Positions 27,680 to 42,733 of a stretch of 64,000 nt of DNA are shown here, one piece after another. The first letter of the stretch is position 1; every line of letters begins with the position of its first letter. The translations under genes were made by a program, and so were the position numbers. Under the pieces are notes generated by a model, which searched no databases, was not told where the DNA came from, and was given only the letters and a program-made list of their open reading frames with translations. Location: assembly GCF_964355755.1 (NCBI RefSeq), contig NC_092675.1:10225812-10289811 (forward strand), written 5' to 3'. This stretch comes from Antedon mediterranea. Its lineage: Eukaryota; Animalia; Echinodermata.

Positions 27680-28470
27680 GATAACGGACTGATTGACACG
27701 AAACAGACTGACTAAACCCGATAACAGACTGATTGACAGGATATCAGACTGACTATACCAGATAGCAGACTGCTTGACACGATAACAGACTAATTGACAC
27801 GATAACAGACTGATTGACACGATAACAAACTGACTAAACCAGAAAGCAGACTGATTGACACGATGATAACAGACTGATTGATACGATAATGGAATGATTG
27901 ACACGGAAACAGATTGACCAAACCCGATATCAGACTGATTGATATGAAAACAGACTGATTGATACCATAACGGAATGATTGACACGAAAACAGACTGATT
28001 GACACGAAAACAGACTGGCTAAACCAGATAGCAGACTGATTGACACGATAACGGACTGATTGACTCGATAACAGAATAACTAAACCAGATAGCAGACTGA
28101 TTGACACGATAACAGACTGATTGATACGATAACGGAACGATTGACACGGAAACAGACTGATTGACACGAAAACAGACTGGCTAAACCAGATAGCAGACTG
28201 ATTGACACGATAACCGACTGATTGACACGATAACGGACTGATTGACACGATGACAGAATGACTAAACCAGATAGCAGACTGATTTACACGATAACGGACT
28301 GATTGATACGATAACGGAATGATTGACACGAAAACAGACTGACTAAACCAGATAGCAGACGGACTCACATGAGAAGAGTATCCAAATAAAAGATTGACTG
28401 ACCATATAATTAAGAGACTGGCCTTACTTATAGATAATTACAGATCTGGTGATCTGATAGCAGACTGATT
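27680..28470 (+). repeat. Degenerate minisatellite, ~20-24-bp units (AACAGACTGATTGACACGAT / GACTAAACCAGATAGCAGAC)
   Basis: Seen directly; it accounts for the repetitive spurious ORFs at 27563-28368. Confidence 0.9.
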
Positions 28471-28499
28471 GATGCGAAGGAATTAATGATTCACAGACC

Positions 28500-28760
28500 T
28501 AAATCGAGTGGTCACGCGGTTAAAACAGGGCGCCGCACATCATAGCTATAAAGTCAGGTTCAAATCACTCCTCGATCATTGTTCTGTCGTGGTAGAACAA
28601 GTCTTCACGGTCGGTGTACATATCTGGCTCGTGTGGGGTAAAGAACCCAGTTCTTAATTTTGGAAGAGAGTTAGGGCCTACACCATTGTGAGTCCATTTA
28701 GCTCCTGTTGGACAAAGACTGGGCGCAGCACTTAACACGAAGGCCAGTTAGGCTGAGCTG
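28500..28760 (+). mobile_element. tRNA-derived SINE, possibly Deu/Nin-domain type
   Basis: A-box-like TGGTCACGCGG and B-box-like GGTTCAAATC, followed by GTAAAGAACCCAGT...GAAGAGAGTTAGGG, which resembles the recalled conserved SINE core. Confidence 0.5.
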
Positions 28761-29159
28761 CAAGTCATATGTTATTCCCCGACATGTATTTTTACCTCAT
28801 GCAAATATCATGCTACGAAGGTATGTTTTTTGTTTTTGTTATCAAAATATACGACTACAGATAGATGAAATATAATTTAAATTGATAATTTAGAATTTAA
28901 AGGAAACATCATGACTGATTTGGCTATTATTAGAAGAAAAAAAAATATAATGATGTAAATACTCAACCCCGCACAATCAGCAAATTACAATTATAGAACA
29001 GTGGAAAATAATGTCTAATCATAATAGGGAATTAGGAAACAAAATGTTTACAATTTCATGGACACCCACACACGAAATAAAAACGTAGCGTACTTCTAAG
29101 ACTAAGAGCCTGGATTGAACGATTCGTGTGTCCACATTAAGAAAAAACATTTAGGGAAA

Positions 29160-29741
29160 AACATTTCTATTGATCATACATTCCAACATTCGACATTATC
29201 GATCTATAGTTTCCCCTATGTTTCATAATTTTTTGGATGTTATTTGTGTTACACGAGCTTGTTGAAAATAAGCACTTTCTTATCAGTGATAGCTCAAATT
29301 ACACAGTAAAATCTCTATTCTTTTGTACATACATTTTGTAAATAGAGACTCGAGGAATTTTAAAAAGCTATAAAAAAAACAGTGTGGTAAAAAATGTTAT
29401 CAGATGACTAAATATAGGTAATATAACTGGAATATTACATTTCTGGTATTTTTGTTCAACTTCAGATTTTTATTTTCATAAGTATAGCAAAAATTATCCA
29501 CCGTATATCCACCATCTTTTTTCACCTTCTGGGGAGTCACCAGACATGTTATTACACTAGGTTAACTACCTAACTACTGAAAAAAGGTCTTCCTGTTTTT
29601 TATGGCAGCATTTTGCCCAATTTTGTATTTTACCATATTAAGGAAAATTCATGTTTTTTTGTCTTGATTTCTGTTACAAATATTTAATTTATGTACAATT
29701 AACCAGATATTATATTTAAAATTCATGCCTGTACCTGAGCT
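29160..29741 (-). mobile_element. TTAA MITE family A, copy 3 (one TIR missing)
   Basis: Reverse complement of 4155-~4725; ends TGCCTGTACCTGAGCT|TTAA. Confidence 0.85.
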
Positions 29742-32134
29742 TTAAGATTCGGAAAGAAAACAATTAAAGCAGTGAAAGAAAATCCTTGCATAAGTGGAAG
29801 AAGACTAGGAATTAAAGCCTATACCAAATGATACCTTGTGCCGCGAAAATAGGACCTATAACAAATAACATTTTCCTATAGGTCCTAATTTTGACCAATC
29901 CTGCACAGTGACCTGTTCGGTTAATCCAAAAACTAATTTTAATTAGTAATAACAGGGGAAATGATATGGCAAGAAAGTTTGAAGGAAATTTCCTTCCCAC
30001 CACCAACGCGTTAAAATCGAGTTACTCTTGACCTATGCGAGATAAACAACTCTGGATATAATCCTGTATACTTATCGTCTTCAGTTGACCTTATCAACAC
30101 AAATTAGGAATTAAATACCGATCGATAGCGTTGAAAACAACAACAATCATCTTATCTATTATTGTACATCTTTACATAATATACAACACAAATAACATAC
30201 AGCAAGATCTAACGGTCAAAGACAGCTTCACATTGCATTATTTAAATTATTACGTAGAACAAAATAAAGTGAGCTTGCTCTGTTCTTGTGCATCTTTCGA
30301 TTAAATTATTTTATTTCGTCAAGCACTCTGGATCGAAATTTGTCTTGCTTGCCACATATAAAAAACATAATAAAATATGATAGAATGTGTAAAAACACAA
30401 AAAGGTTAACATACAAATACCAGGAAAGAGTTAAATTAAAACATGGCAAGTAAAAAAAAAAGTGTCTACAAAAGTTGCATCAAAAAACCTCGTAACATAT
30501 TGGAGGAAAGGATTATGTAGGCCTAATCAATTTGTCAAATCGTTATTGTGAAAGCAAATATAGTTCGGGAGTTGACAGGACTATAGTAACGCATACCGGT
30601 ACTGTTACATTCCTTTACAGGATAACTTAAACAGTTTAAACTGGTTTTCATCATTCATCATCATTATTATTATTTGGTAAAGGCGTCTATTAATTCACTT
30701 TCAATCTATAAGTATAGCAAGGAGAAAACAGGCATTTAATATTAGCTAAAAAATAATCATCCTACTATAGATACAAGTGCACGCTTTCTAACAAGAAGAC
30801 ACATCATAATGCCATTCATATCTGTTTAGTATTTTCAATTAAATAATTTCTCTGATGGAAGTCTATAAATTAAAACCAGAGTTTATAGAGAGCGGTCTAA
30901 AAATATCAAATCTTCCTTTTAAAAACAAAAAAAAGTTGTCTTTTTCAAAGAAGGTTATTGATAATATGTCAACTATAAATAAAATTAAACTGAAGCCCCT
31001 GGCATAATAGTCAATACACGTGCATAATTATTTTTGGTTGTGTGTATTAGGCCTATTGTGTACACACTTGTAGACACTGCATCATAACTCATCAATGTCG
31101 TCAGATAAGCTGAAGGTTTCTTGTTATTCTCAATTAAAAATAGTAAGCTAAAAGCATAATAACAACAACGTTAAATGTATCATTCATTAAAACGTGTCCA
31201 GACTAAAAAGTTAAAGGTACACAAGAAATTAATTGTAATAGTTTTATTACGCTGTTTTTAATTTGGTTCGTTTCTGAGAAGCTACGTAATTTTATTATTA
31301 ACGTTTTCAAGATGAACGTCAGGAACAGTGTTGACGCTTGTTTGTGCACAGAAGAGAAGCCCGTTTATACTCGCACAATAAACGGCGACGATATACAATA
31401 ACACACACTCAATAACATCGTTGTATCGTAACGATTTTATGGTTTTTACTGATCATGACGTCATTTGATTGGATTTTGTTAATATTATTTTTCACCGAGA
31501 CAGTATGAATGAATATTCTTCTATAGTTGAGATAAAAACTTTTCTAATTTCTTTTGTTTTCAGTAGAAAATGTATTTATCTATTTATCGAAGACATTCGT
31601 GGGTATTCGTCAGTATAAACGAGCCTACATAGTCTTCGCTCATCCATCATATAAAACAACATTATTAAATGTGTTTTGAAAACACTTATGATATTATGAT
31701 TAAGGCGACAAAAGGAGAGTTAAGCGTTAATTAATGCTCAAACATAGGATTTGGTGGGTATTGGTTGTGTACTGCAAGTCTTGAAATATGTTTACATAAG
31801 GTCTATTTTATTAGGAAGAAATAAAGACCTTTGTACTAATATAACGAATATAGGTTTATGTTAACATGTAAATAGAACAGAAATAAATGATGTTATGATG
31901 CAAACACATGGTTAAGAATGAGATAAATGTATATGACTTTATGCATTCAATGTCTCATAAATAATTATTACATAGTTTCTATAAATTGTCTACCCTTTTT
32001 ATTTTGTGTTTTTTTAAACCTCATTTATAATCTTAACCTTTAATATCATACATTATGACTTTGAAAACGAAGAAGCGTCGAATGGTCCGGTTATTGGATA
32101 TGAGATGAATGACATTCTTCGATATTCTATTGTA

Positions 32135-32400
32135 GATGATGATGAATGATGATGATAATGATGATGATGAATATGATAATGAATGATGATGATGATAATG
32201 ACGATGATGAATGATGATAATGATGATGAAAATAATTGATAATGAATGATGATAATAATGATGATCATAATGAAAATGATGATGATAATGAAGGATGATG
32301 ATGATGACGATTATGACGATAATGATAATGATGATGATAATAATGATGATAATGAATGATGATGGTAATGATAAGGATGACAATGATAATTATTAATAAT
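32135..32400 (+). repeat. (GAT/AAT)n microsatellite
   Basis: Seen directly; it accounts for the poly-I/poly-H ORFs. Confidence 0.95.
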
Positions 32401-34802
32401 TCACTTAGCTTTTACAATCATTGCCGTTAATGTATCATTTTCGTGTTTTCTTAAAATAGAAATAATCCATAAAATATCACGCATATATAATTAATAAATC
32501 TGTGAATTGATTAGAAACGAATGTAGTAGATGATTGCACGCCATAGGACAAAAACAACTCGAGAGTATTTGTAACATTACAACACGTCCTGACAATTATG
32601 AAGTTTTGAATATTCTCTAAAACATCGATTAAAAAACGTATTTTCTTAAAATAGAAATAATCTATATAAAATATCGCGCTTACATAATTAATAAATCTGT
32701 GAATTGATTAGGAGCTAATGAAGCTTGGAGATTATCTATTTCTGCTAATAATAAAAATAGCACAGATCTCGGACTATTATTGTAAAGTTTAAATGTTTTC
32801 AAAATCAATTTAAAATGTACGTACTGTCGTTGTTTCAAGTAGTACAGTATAATTATTCATACACACAACAAGCAATGCAACACGACAAAACATTTTTAAC
32901 GTTTAATAATACTGTAGCTTATATAAAAATATACTTAATAAAGAGAGAATAATAAACTATGAAGGGTATTCCGTTAATCCACCCGAACTTTTACCATCCG
33001 GTGCGTTGCTACCTGGCCCTCTGCCACATTAGGTTATTTGCCAAGACCGGGTGAAAAAGGGCCAGATGACAACGGGCCGCCGAAATCCAGTAGTCATGTG
33101 TATAGCATATTCTTAGCCGATATAGAATATTTAAAATGCACACACATAATATACACAGACGCAATTATTTTCCTAAGTGCTACATTTAGGGATCGATTTT
33201 ATATAGAATGTGGAGTGGACAAGGCGCAGAGCACTTTAATCAGTCGACGAGTTAAAATACACATTGCGCATTTAAATCGATAGTTCAACAAAAGTTCGAA
33301 GTTTGGGAGCTCATTTTAGAAAACATATCATTCACTTGAAAACAAATGATTACTTCGTAAATGAGTCAACTAAATCCACTTAAAAGTACTCTTGAGATGA
33401 GTTTAACAAATAAACGTGTACTTCAACATCGACATTTTTATCGACCCTGGTACATCACTCCTTCACCTTCAATGGCATTAAATACATAATAAAATCAGCA
33501 ACAATATTCATTAATATTATAATGATACGCTTGGTTAGCTGCTGTTGACGTTTATGTGGACATCATCAAAATCAATGTAACAAATAATACGTCATCGTAT
33601 TAACAACATTGGCATTGAAGTTTTGTTTCATTTTAACTGTTACATTAATAAAATTGATTAACAATCGCGAGTTGTGATACATACGAGTAAACACTGATTT
33701 ATATCTTTAACAAAAATATAGAAATAATAAGTAATATTCAGAAATTTTATTTCTTAAATTAATACAGCTACAACATTCAAGTCTTGATAATAATGTCATA
33801 AAAGTTGTCATATACAGTATTTATTTACTTAATGTATAATAAATATTAGAGGTCATATTACATGATTCGCAGGAAAATGGTACTTCTCCACAATTAAAAT
33901 TTTCGATAGGATTTCTAAGGTATGCAATACAGGAGGAATCCACTTATATCTTTCACTGAGTACGTAACTATTGTTGAAATGTTTGCATGGTGAACTGACG
34001 CTTCCTAAAACACTACATACTAATAATAGTAACACTAATACATGAACATACAGGAACTCTAATACATAACCCTTTAATAGAGGTATAGACATTGACATGT
34101 TAAAATGGTTGTGTCTTTTTAACAGTGTGCCCCCTGAATGACAGTTTCCCAAAAGGAGGGAGTTCTACTGTATAATATGATTGATGTCTCAATATCTAAA
34201 TTATTCACTTAACATGTTAGTTTTTTTTTTTAAATATAAAAAAATAATCAATGTTAAATTTTGTGTGATAAGAATATTTGTTAGTTTCTCAATGTGTAAT
34301 ATAAAAAAAAACCAAAAACATTATTACTGCAGTTTAGCTATTGTATTATATTATTCTACAACAATGGAATATAAAAAATACTGAATGAAATGAGTGAGTG
34401 GCAACTCGTATAGCAGTCAATATGAACATGAACAACGGTATCAATAGCAGAGTCAATGTAGTAATGTATTTCAAATGATTTCCAATGATAAGTAATGCTT
34501 GTTTAATGATGAACATTTTGTTTTAGTTTTGTTCAATGGGTTTCAGCCATCCATTTGTGTCCGTAAAAAATAAATTAAATGAATAAGAAATCAAAATTGC
34601 CCTTTTTGGTTAGCATTGTGTGGCTTTTTATAATAATATACAACAAAGTTTCAACAGTACACACAAAAAGAAAAACAGTACTATTATAGAAAAATACAAC
34701 AAGCAATTTGTAACCAACCATCTAATATAATTGACATTACAATCGATAAAATGCATTCATTTTATTGTCATATATATATCTTAGAATATACTATTTAAAA
34801 TG

Positions 34803-37800
34803 TCAATTTGTGGGCGGAGAAGATGGGGGTGGAGGAGGTGGTGGAGGGAGAACACTTAGAAAAGACAGTACATTTATGGATTGACTGTCACCAGAAACTG
34901 AAGGCGGGTTAGGAAAATTTGTTGTGGTACTAGAAGGAACTTGTAATAATGATGGCGGTGGCTTGGATGTGTCTATAAAAGGAGGCAAGCCTTGAGGAAA
35001 AGGTGGATGAGGCGGCAGTGTAAAAGAATAATGGCCTGGATAGTTCTGTCCATATGCTGGTTGCATGTTGTAGGAACATTGCGGTGATGGAGGGTACATC
35101 GGTAGTCCATGGCATTGATTATCATACTGCTGGTAAAAATGTCTCTGTTGTGGAGGTTCATATTGTTCGTATTTGTGGCATTGTTGCCATACATTTCCAG
35201 AAGATTGGCTACCCTGTTGGTTCCAATTATGGCTACCCTGTTGGTTCCAATTATGGCTACCCTGTTGGTTCCATTTCTTCCAATTTCTATCATTCCTGAT
35301 TTTGTTTTGATGGCATTTTGAATTGTCTATAAAAAATAAAAAACAAACAACATTTTGTAATTATTTTTTTTAAATGTTTTTTTTTATTATCATAGGCCCT
35401 GGTTAGAAGTACATGCTATTATCACTTGAGGCCTATTGCCCACCGCTATTCAGGGGACAAATATTAAGGGAAAATTTTTCCCAAAAGTATCCCCTTAATA
35501 GGGGAAATTTTTCCCAAAGCTGTCCCCTTAATAGGGGTTCACTGTACTTCATGGTTGCCACCAATACAGATACTGTTTACAACCATTTTAAAAAAAACCT
35601 GAAACTGGCATATTCAGCACCATTATAAATGTATCAAATAACCCTTTGAAAAGCTTTTATCAATTTATCTTTTTAAATACGTACCATTTTCACTAACATA
35701 ACCTTTCTCTTCATCAATCAATCCTTTTTGACCTGTCCTATAAAAAAAGAGTGGAAATGTTAACAGAGCTATTAATGTACTGTAACTCTTCATTCTACAA
35801 CTCATACCATTTAAATTGTTTACATTTTTATATCTCTTTTTATGGTGATTTAATTTTCAGTATTTTTTATGTCACATCATTAAATTCCAAACATTCTTTA
35901 GAAAAGTTTGTGTCTATGAAATATTACTAAAAAATAAATAATCATATGTTTAATATGTATTATTTATATTCAAGATCACTAAAATAATAATAATAACAGT
36001 GTATGTTGACGTCATTTGAAGTCATATGATATTAATGTCAGAGTATAGAAATCCTAATATTTGCATAACAGTAATAATAAATGCATTATTCATTATCAAG
36101 ATGGCTAATAGAATGTAGTAATTAAATTTTAATAAGGATGTAATAAAGCAGAACACATTATGAATTAAAACATTTATATTATACAAATATTTATGGTGGA
36201 GGAGTGTCAAAATTAAAATCGTAAAGGGAAAGTAGATGCGAGTGAACATTCATGAAAAATGGATAAATATGTAAAAGGACACATTTTGACATTGTGATTT
36301 TAATTTGCATTCAGTATAGACATCACAATTAGGATCCAGACATTAAAGTAATTCCTGTAAAATTCCTTAGTTCTTTAATTAGGGAAAGCAATATATACAC
36401 CCCATTCCCTTCAGCCAAGTGAAATGAGTATGTCTACTCTATTGAACTCTTACATCATCAAGAGTGCAATGTGGATGTGTGTTCTTTCTTGTTACACAGT
36501 GATCGACCATGCTAAACACAAGGCTAAAACATTCAAAATTCAATCTGTGTAACCTGCACCGTCTCTGCATACAAAATTGGTTTTCTGCTTTTCTAAATGT
36601 TTTAGGCCTTGGCTTAACCTCCCTTTAAAGTAGTTGTGTTATAACACAAATAATTAATGCTTTATATTTGTGCAATAGAACAAATAAATTCATTCAATGA
36701 AAGATGAAATGTTGTATTATTACCTCATGATATTATTTGAAATTTAAAACTTTAATTATTTGCAAAATATGAACTGGCAATGTTAACATAATTTTGTTTC
36801 CATATGTATTAAACACACCTTTGCGATGGAAGTTTCCTTTTCTGAGGATCTTTAGCCTGCTTTCTTTTAGCCTTTGCAGCCTTCTCTTGTTCATCATCAC
36901 TGTAATCCAATAATTCTGCAGGAGGCTCCTCGTCACCCTTCCATGATGCATCGGATCCTTTCATTCTGTTTAGTAAAACAGGAAAAAAATACCGTGTTTA
37001 TTCTAATAAACGTCACACTTTGAATAAACGCCCTCCTCGAATGGCTCCCTCTCAAATAAACGCCCGTATGCCGTTTTTTCCCTCCAGTAAACGCCCAGTC
37101 ATATGTAAATACACACAATATTGTATTAATGAACACATTTCACATTTCTATTTATAGTAGAATTCATTGACTTCCATGATCTACAACTGACCATTTTTTA
37201 TAAAATTTTTACTGTATTTTATCATTTCTTGATATTAATTGTGTTGTATTTTTTATATTTAGGGAGAATTTATTTGATTATACATGTTTCCATATTAGTA
37301 TTACACCAAAAAAAAAAACACCGAACAAATATGAATGTAAAAAATGTAAAACATATTTCTGGTAGATAACTCAATAGAATAGAATAGAATAGATTGAAAT
37401 TCAATTAAAACCGTAATAGATATTGAATTTCTATTAATTATATCTTATTTCTAATCTAATCTAGATTTCATCCCCAAGGCCTAGTTCATAACAACTGCAG
37501 TAAAAAAAATAACAGAAGCCTTACTTGAGTAGTTGTGAGGTAAACACATATGACGTAATTTCTAATGAAGAAGGAGCATAGTACAGGGTGCATTGAAGAC
37601 GAATAGCAAGTTTCATTATATCTTCAACAGAGTTGAACCTCATCGAGTAAAGAGGGTTTTGAACTGGTCCAAATACTTCAAATACCTGAAACAAATTATA
37701 AAATTACTAATGATATACTTTTGATTTCTGTATCTTCTAATCAATTGATACAATGTATAATTAATACTATAGATATCATAGATATCAAAATTCTAGTACT

Positions 37801-37995
37801 GCATGTCTTTATATACTTATATATTTATATACTTATATATTTATATACTGATTTAGGAAATATAATAATTTATACATATCAAATAGTATTTAGGATAATC
37901 AGCTTGACTCACCGTTCCTAAAGCTTGTCTATCTTCTTTAAACAGAACAGTTTCTATATCAAGAGCTGGAGTATTTTCTAAGGATTTTATAATTA
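34803..37995 (-). CDS. NAF1: NAF1 (H/ACA RNP assembly factor), 3' five exons: 37995-37913, 37685-37525, 36965-36819, 35737-35685, 35326-34803; 5' exons not found
   Basis: Spliced translation: VIIKSLENTPALDIETVLFKEDRQALGT|VFEVFGPVQNPLYSMRFNS...YYAPS...YVFTSQLLK|MKGSDASWKGDEEPPAELLDYSDDEQEKAAK. This matches the Gar1/Naf1 domain and the NAF1 hallmark GSDASW..D.EPP...D.SDDE.E, followed by a Pro-rich tail. All introns are GT-AG with consistent phases. Confidence 0.93.
36990..37310 (+). repeat. Dispersed DNA-transposon fragment in a NAF1 intron
   Basis: TACCGTGTTTATTCTAATAAACG...CCCTCTCAAATAAACGCC...TTTATTTGATTATACAT is similar to blocks at ~1965-2200, ~20800-21240 (reverse complement) and ~21910-22200. 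Confidence 0.55.
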
Positions 37996-40550
37996 CTATC
38001 AAAGAAATATGAGAGGTTTACTTTAAGAAAATAAAAATTGTTGGTATAACAAACAAAATGTTTATGTTTTAAATGAACCCAGACATTTAATTCCTAGTAT
38101 TGATGCATAGCATATTTTAGTATGTATCTGATACACAATGTCTTGAGACTGTGGAGAAAAAGACCTTTACAAACAGTGAAGAAGAACACTTTTTTTTTAA
38201 ATTTACCTTTCATAACTCTATAGACACAAATATTAATTGGCAATCAAAATCCACAAAATACATCAACAATAGTGTTTTTGTTAATTTTGCAAATCGGTCA
38301 TAATTTATACAAAACTCGCCAATAATATGTGCAATATTCACATGCAATTGTATTAAAATGCATATATTGGTTATTTGGATAACAAAGGGCATCTCAAACA
38401 AAAATTCATGTTCAAGTGATGTTAATTAATAATAATGCTTTTAAAATACAAAATACTATATGGATGAATCAATGCAGAAATTCCACATGCATCATAATAA
38501 TTAATTAAAGCCAATTTCATTTACTAAAGTACTATTACATTGATGACTATGATATAATCTGGTTAGTATCTTCATCACAGACACTAATTAATTACATCAT
38601 GTGTTCTTTCTTGGAAGAGAAAAGCTTATCGAATGCTAATGTTTTGAAATTGTAATTGGATTTTTACATCACAATTATTATATTAAAAGTCAATTCACGG
38701 AAAACCACACTCAGTTTAGTTTCAGTAAGTGACATTTTCACCAAACAAAGATAATATTTCAATGATATTAGACAAATTGTTTTAGATAAAATTTAAAGTA
38801 GATTAACAAAAAATAGAGTCTTGTGCTGAAGATTAAGGTATTCTTCATGAAATAGTATGTTATTATTGATACTGTTACGGTGTTCATACTAGAGAGAAGG
38901 AGTTGAAATAGACTTGTCCACTATAGTGTAACACTGTATACTGTCCTCTCAAACTCCCTCAATCCACTCTCCTCACCTTTCATTACACCCCAGAGCACAG
39001 GCTTGTTTTAACCTAATTTACAGTGCTGTACGTCTACGTATCATAGAATTGTAAGGTATATAAATACCCACATAGAAAAAATAATTCAAATTAATAATCA
39101 ATATAAAAAAAATCGGGTCAATAAAGTTGATAATCAACAACACAGTGATTTATATAACAAAAATATATCTTGTAATTATGGCTGCTATTGCTGGGAAATC
39201 AATTATTTTTGTGTAGGCGATACATATGTCAAATTTGTTTCTTATGTAATATAATTAAATATGATCCCTATTTTAGGGGACAACTTCAAGACCAGAAAAA
39301 TTGTCAGTCTAGAGTGTCCATTAAAATAGGGTTGGCTGTAGTGTTAAAACATATATTGGCTATGTTTGTTTCACAGAAAAGTGTTCCCTTAATAGGGATG
39401 TCCAAAGGACCTGTACTAATCTACAAAAACGTGTACAATTTTTCAGGGATCTTTCCAAAAGACATTTCAAAATTATGCGATAATATTGTTTCTGGACATA
39501 TATTGGCTTATCATTGTCTTATGGTGTCATAGGACCAATGTATGTTTAACAAATTGGAGAAAATTGCATTCAAATTATTAGGCCTGCAAGTTTATAAATA
39601 TACTTTAATTTAAATATAAAATACAAATAAAAATTACTCAAATAATTCAACAATCTGCCCTATAAAATGATATGGTTAAAATATACAGACATCACTAATT
39701 ATAAACATATACTTTCTTTTGTCTAAAAATACAAAGTACCTAGTATTTACGTCACATTTGTAATAAAGTTTAATAGAATACTACTGTAATGCTTTAAGCA
39801 AACCAAAATGACTGTAAATGACATGATTTGTGTACTGCTAAAAATGATGAATTTATATGTTTTAACCTTTAACCCAACTGTTATAGAAAATTCTATAATT
39901 ATATACTCTATAAAGATGTTGAAATAATCTAATAGTTGTAGGTTATTTATCGTAAAAGCTAAGAAATGTCTATTCACGTAACTCATCATACTTTAATGCC
40001 TATAGCAGTGAATGTTGGCTTTATAAAATGCATTTGGCATTAACAAAACCCCACAATTCAAAATAAAACAAGAAATATTTCTTATAAAAATGCAACAATT
40101 TAATTATTGTTCTTTCATTAAATGATGCTTTTGTAACTGATATTCTATAATTTAAAAAATAATGATTTACCAACTATATTTGTTTAACAATCAGTAGTAA
40201 AGATTTTGTATTATAAAATAAATATAGTCTGAAATGCTCTATTAATTATAAATTAGGGCCTATCGGGTATACATAAATGTTTTGAGCCTGATGTATATTA
40301 TGATTGGATTCATTTTCCTTCTGTAGTTGTACCTATCAATCAATCAATATATCAATCAATCAACTTATATTTCAGAACTGTACAGAACAAAAATTATACT
40401 AAACTACTGTATCTGTACTGTGCATATTGCGGGGTAGGGAATTACTTCCCAAGGGAGGTCGTTAGTGACCCACATACTCTAACATTTCAGTAAACAACAT
40501 TTTTAATTTCCCACGAACCGTTGTACAGCCACCACAAACGTACTCACTAA

Positions 40551-42006
40551 TCCCTTTTTCACACAGAACTTCGGCAATATTGCGGTAAGCATAAAATAGA
40601 GGTCGCACTTTTTTAGAAAAAAAAAATGGCGGGCACCGCCGCCGGCGACAAAACATGCCATGTGCTGCTCCTATTTTAGCTGCATCGTTCCTTTCCGAGA
40701 GAGGGCGTATGTAAATAGGATCCATGTTATAAGTTTCGCATTGACTACATGTGTTCTAGAGTTCGGCTTCTAAATGTCTTATTGTGCCGAGATAGTGTGT
40801 AATTTACTAAACTAGTAGGCCGCACATTGCTTGTAAGTTGTTAGAGTATTATATTACAATAATTAGAATTATATGAACCCCAGTAGTGGCCTAGATTATT
40901 AATGCTATACTACATTGTGGTCGTAGGCCTAGGCCTGCGTAGATTGAATCGTATACGATCGCTCGAACAGCATGGCGATAAACACGAGTCTCCGTGTTCT
41001 ATTTTGTATGCCGTATCCATAGAAGTATGTCCGTATGAGGGCGCTGTTGATTATTTGATGACTTTGTTTAATAAGTTCTTTAGGAATGTACACCTCCGTA
41101 AGAGGGCGCTACGTTTGATCTGTTTTGCAGATAGTTTTATTTATTTATGTTATGTTTATTATTACTATTTGGAGCTGGATTTAAGTATGCTTAATTTCAG
41201 TTCACCCTGTTTATGGCTGAATTTGCTGTATTAAAGAGTCAGTCAACAAGTGATTGTGTTGCAGTATTTTTTGTCGTGGATTGGGTTTATCTACTGAATA
41301 GCGAGTTTGACGGTTCAAGCTTGTGAGGTCAGCCCAGCGCACATGTTTGCTGATGTTGTTTTGTGTGTCCGCCGTTTAGTTTTATTGGTTTTTATTTACG
41401 ATGCATAAAACCTATATTTTTTCCCAACACCACTCCATGCTAATAACTGCCCGATCGTGATGGCCATTCTACAGAAACAAAATCTATTAGGCCTACACAT
41501 AGACGCGAATTTAATTATCAGAAGCTGTTATGAGCTAGCACCGGGCGCGCGCGCCGGAGGATGTTCTTGCTAGAACTATACTAACTAGGGCCTAGGCTTA
41601 CGTACGTTACAGCAAGTTAAATAATCTTTGGACCAACATCTGTTATATTTTTATTATTATTGGCCGTATTCTTCCATTGTATTATTAACAAACTAATCTA
41701 AAAATATATATATATAATATGGATATAAATCTAATAATTTGGCCTAAAGTAATTGCCACAGTCTTTCTCAATCAAGGAAAATGTCCCGAATTTATCCTTG
41801 CTTCACTGTGGAAGCAGGCGTTATATCGTGGACTCTTTCACACAGATCAGGCTTACGACCGTGACGGTAATATTACCGCAATTTTACTAGGTCCAGAGGC
41901 GGTCTAACGGAAGCCGGCATTAAGAGGTTTTTACCCTTTCACACATAAGCCGGCGTTCGCGAATTACCGCAATATTACCGTCTTACAGCTCTGTGTGAAA
42001 GGGGCT
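40551..42006. mobile_element. PIF/Harbinger-type non-autonomous element (~1.46 kb)
   Basis: TAA|TCCCTTTTTCACACAGAAC..CGGCAATATTGCGGTAA on the left and TTACCGCAATATTACCG..GCTCTGTGTGAAAGGGGCT|TAA on the right. Confidence 0.6.
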
Positions 42007-42733
42007 TAATAAACAAATTCTTCATCTATACACACCAATCAGCAAAAATATTTACCATAGATGAAAGATTGTTTTGACCATTATTGAATGATAACTTGAT
42101 TGGCCAATTGACAGCCAAAACAAAAACATTGTTAAAAACGAACATTGTTTAATACAGAACATTGTTTTACAGACTGAGTTTACGAATTCCCATTTTCTAA
42201 GCCTTAGTAAACTAAGCTTCCCCATGATACGGTTTCCTAAACCCACAAAGTCATAAATTTAGAATATTAAATTTATGGATTTTTTAATTCTAAAAAAAAA
42301 AAACAAATCTAATCAATCCTTTATCAATACAAATCTGCTCATCAATAGTTTTATAATACTATAGACTTGAAAAGCTGATATTTTCTATAATATTTTAAAA
42401 CTTAAAAGTAAAAAAAAAAAATTGTTTGCTCATCAATAATGATCAAATAGCATCAAAATATAAAATATATTCATTTATACAGTACTAGGGTAGTAGCAGA
42501 TTTAGGTAAAATAAAAAAAATTCATTCATTGTTTCATTACATAATTTCTAAACATTTTCTACCTTTTTTTCATTATTTTCTGTATTTCCCTTAATTAATA
42601 TCATAATTTTAACCTTTAGTATCATACCATTAGTAAACACTGGCATTTATTTAGATTTTTGTTTTCTGAATTAATACTAAACATTAAGACAAAGTATTTA
42701 CTTCTTCACATTCTTTTTTTTTTGTTAATTTAA

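Noticed and set aside
27563-28368. 140-aa and 192-aa repetitive ORFs
   Set aside because: They are translations of a minisatellite, open in several frames.
32033-32383. Poly-Ile/His ORFs
   Set aside because: Artefact of the (GAT/AAT)n microsatellite.
34973-35321. Alternative-frame ORFs over the NAF1 last exon
   Set aside because: Splice phase selects the frame ending at 34803; the others are shadows of the 21-bp repeat.
36240-36630. Possible extra NAF1 exon or coding remnant
   Set aside because: The minus-strand frames I read contain stops, and the flanking NAF1 exons join in phase without it.
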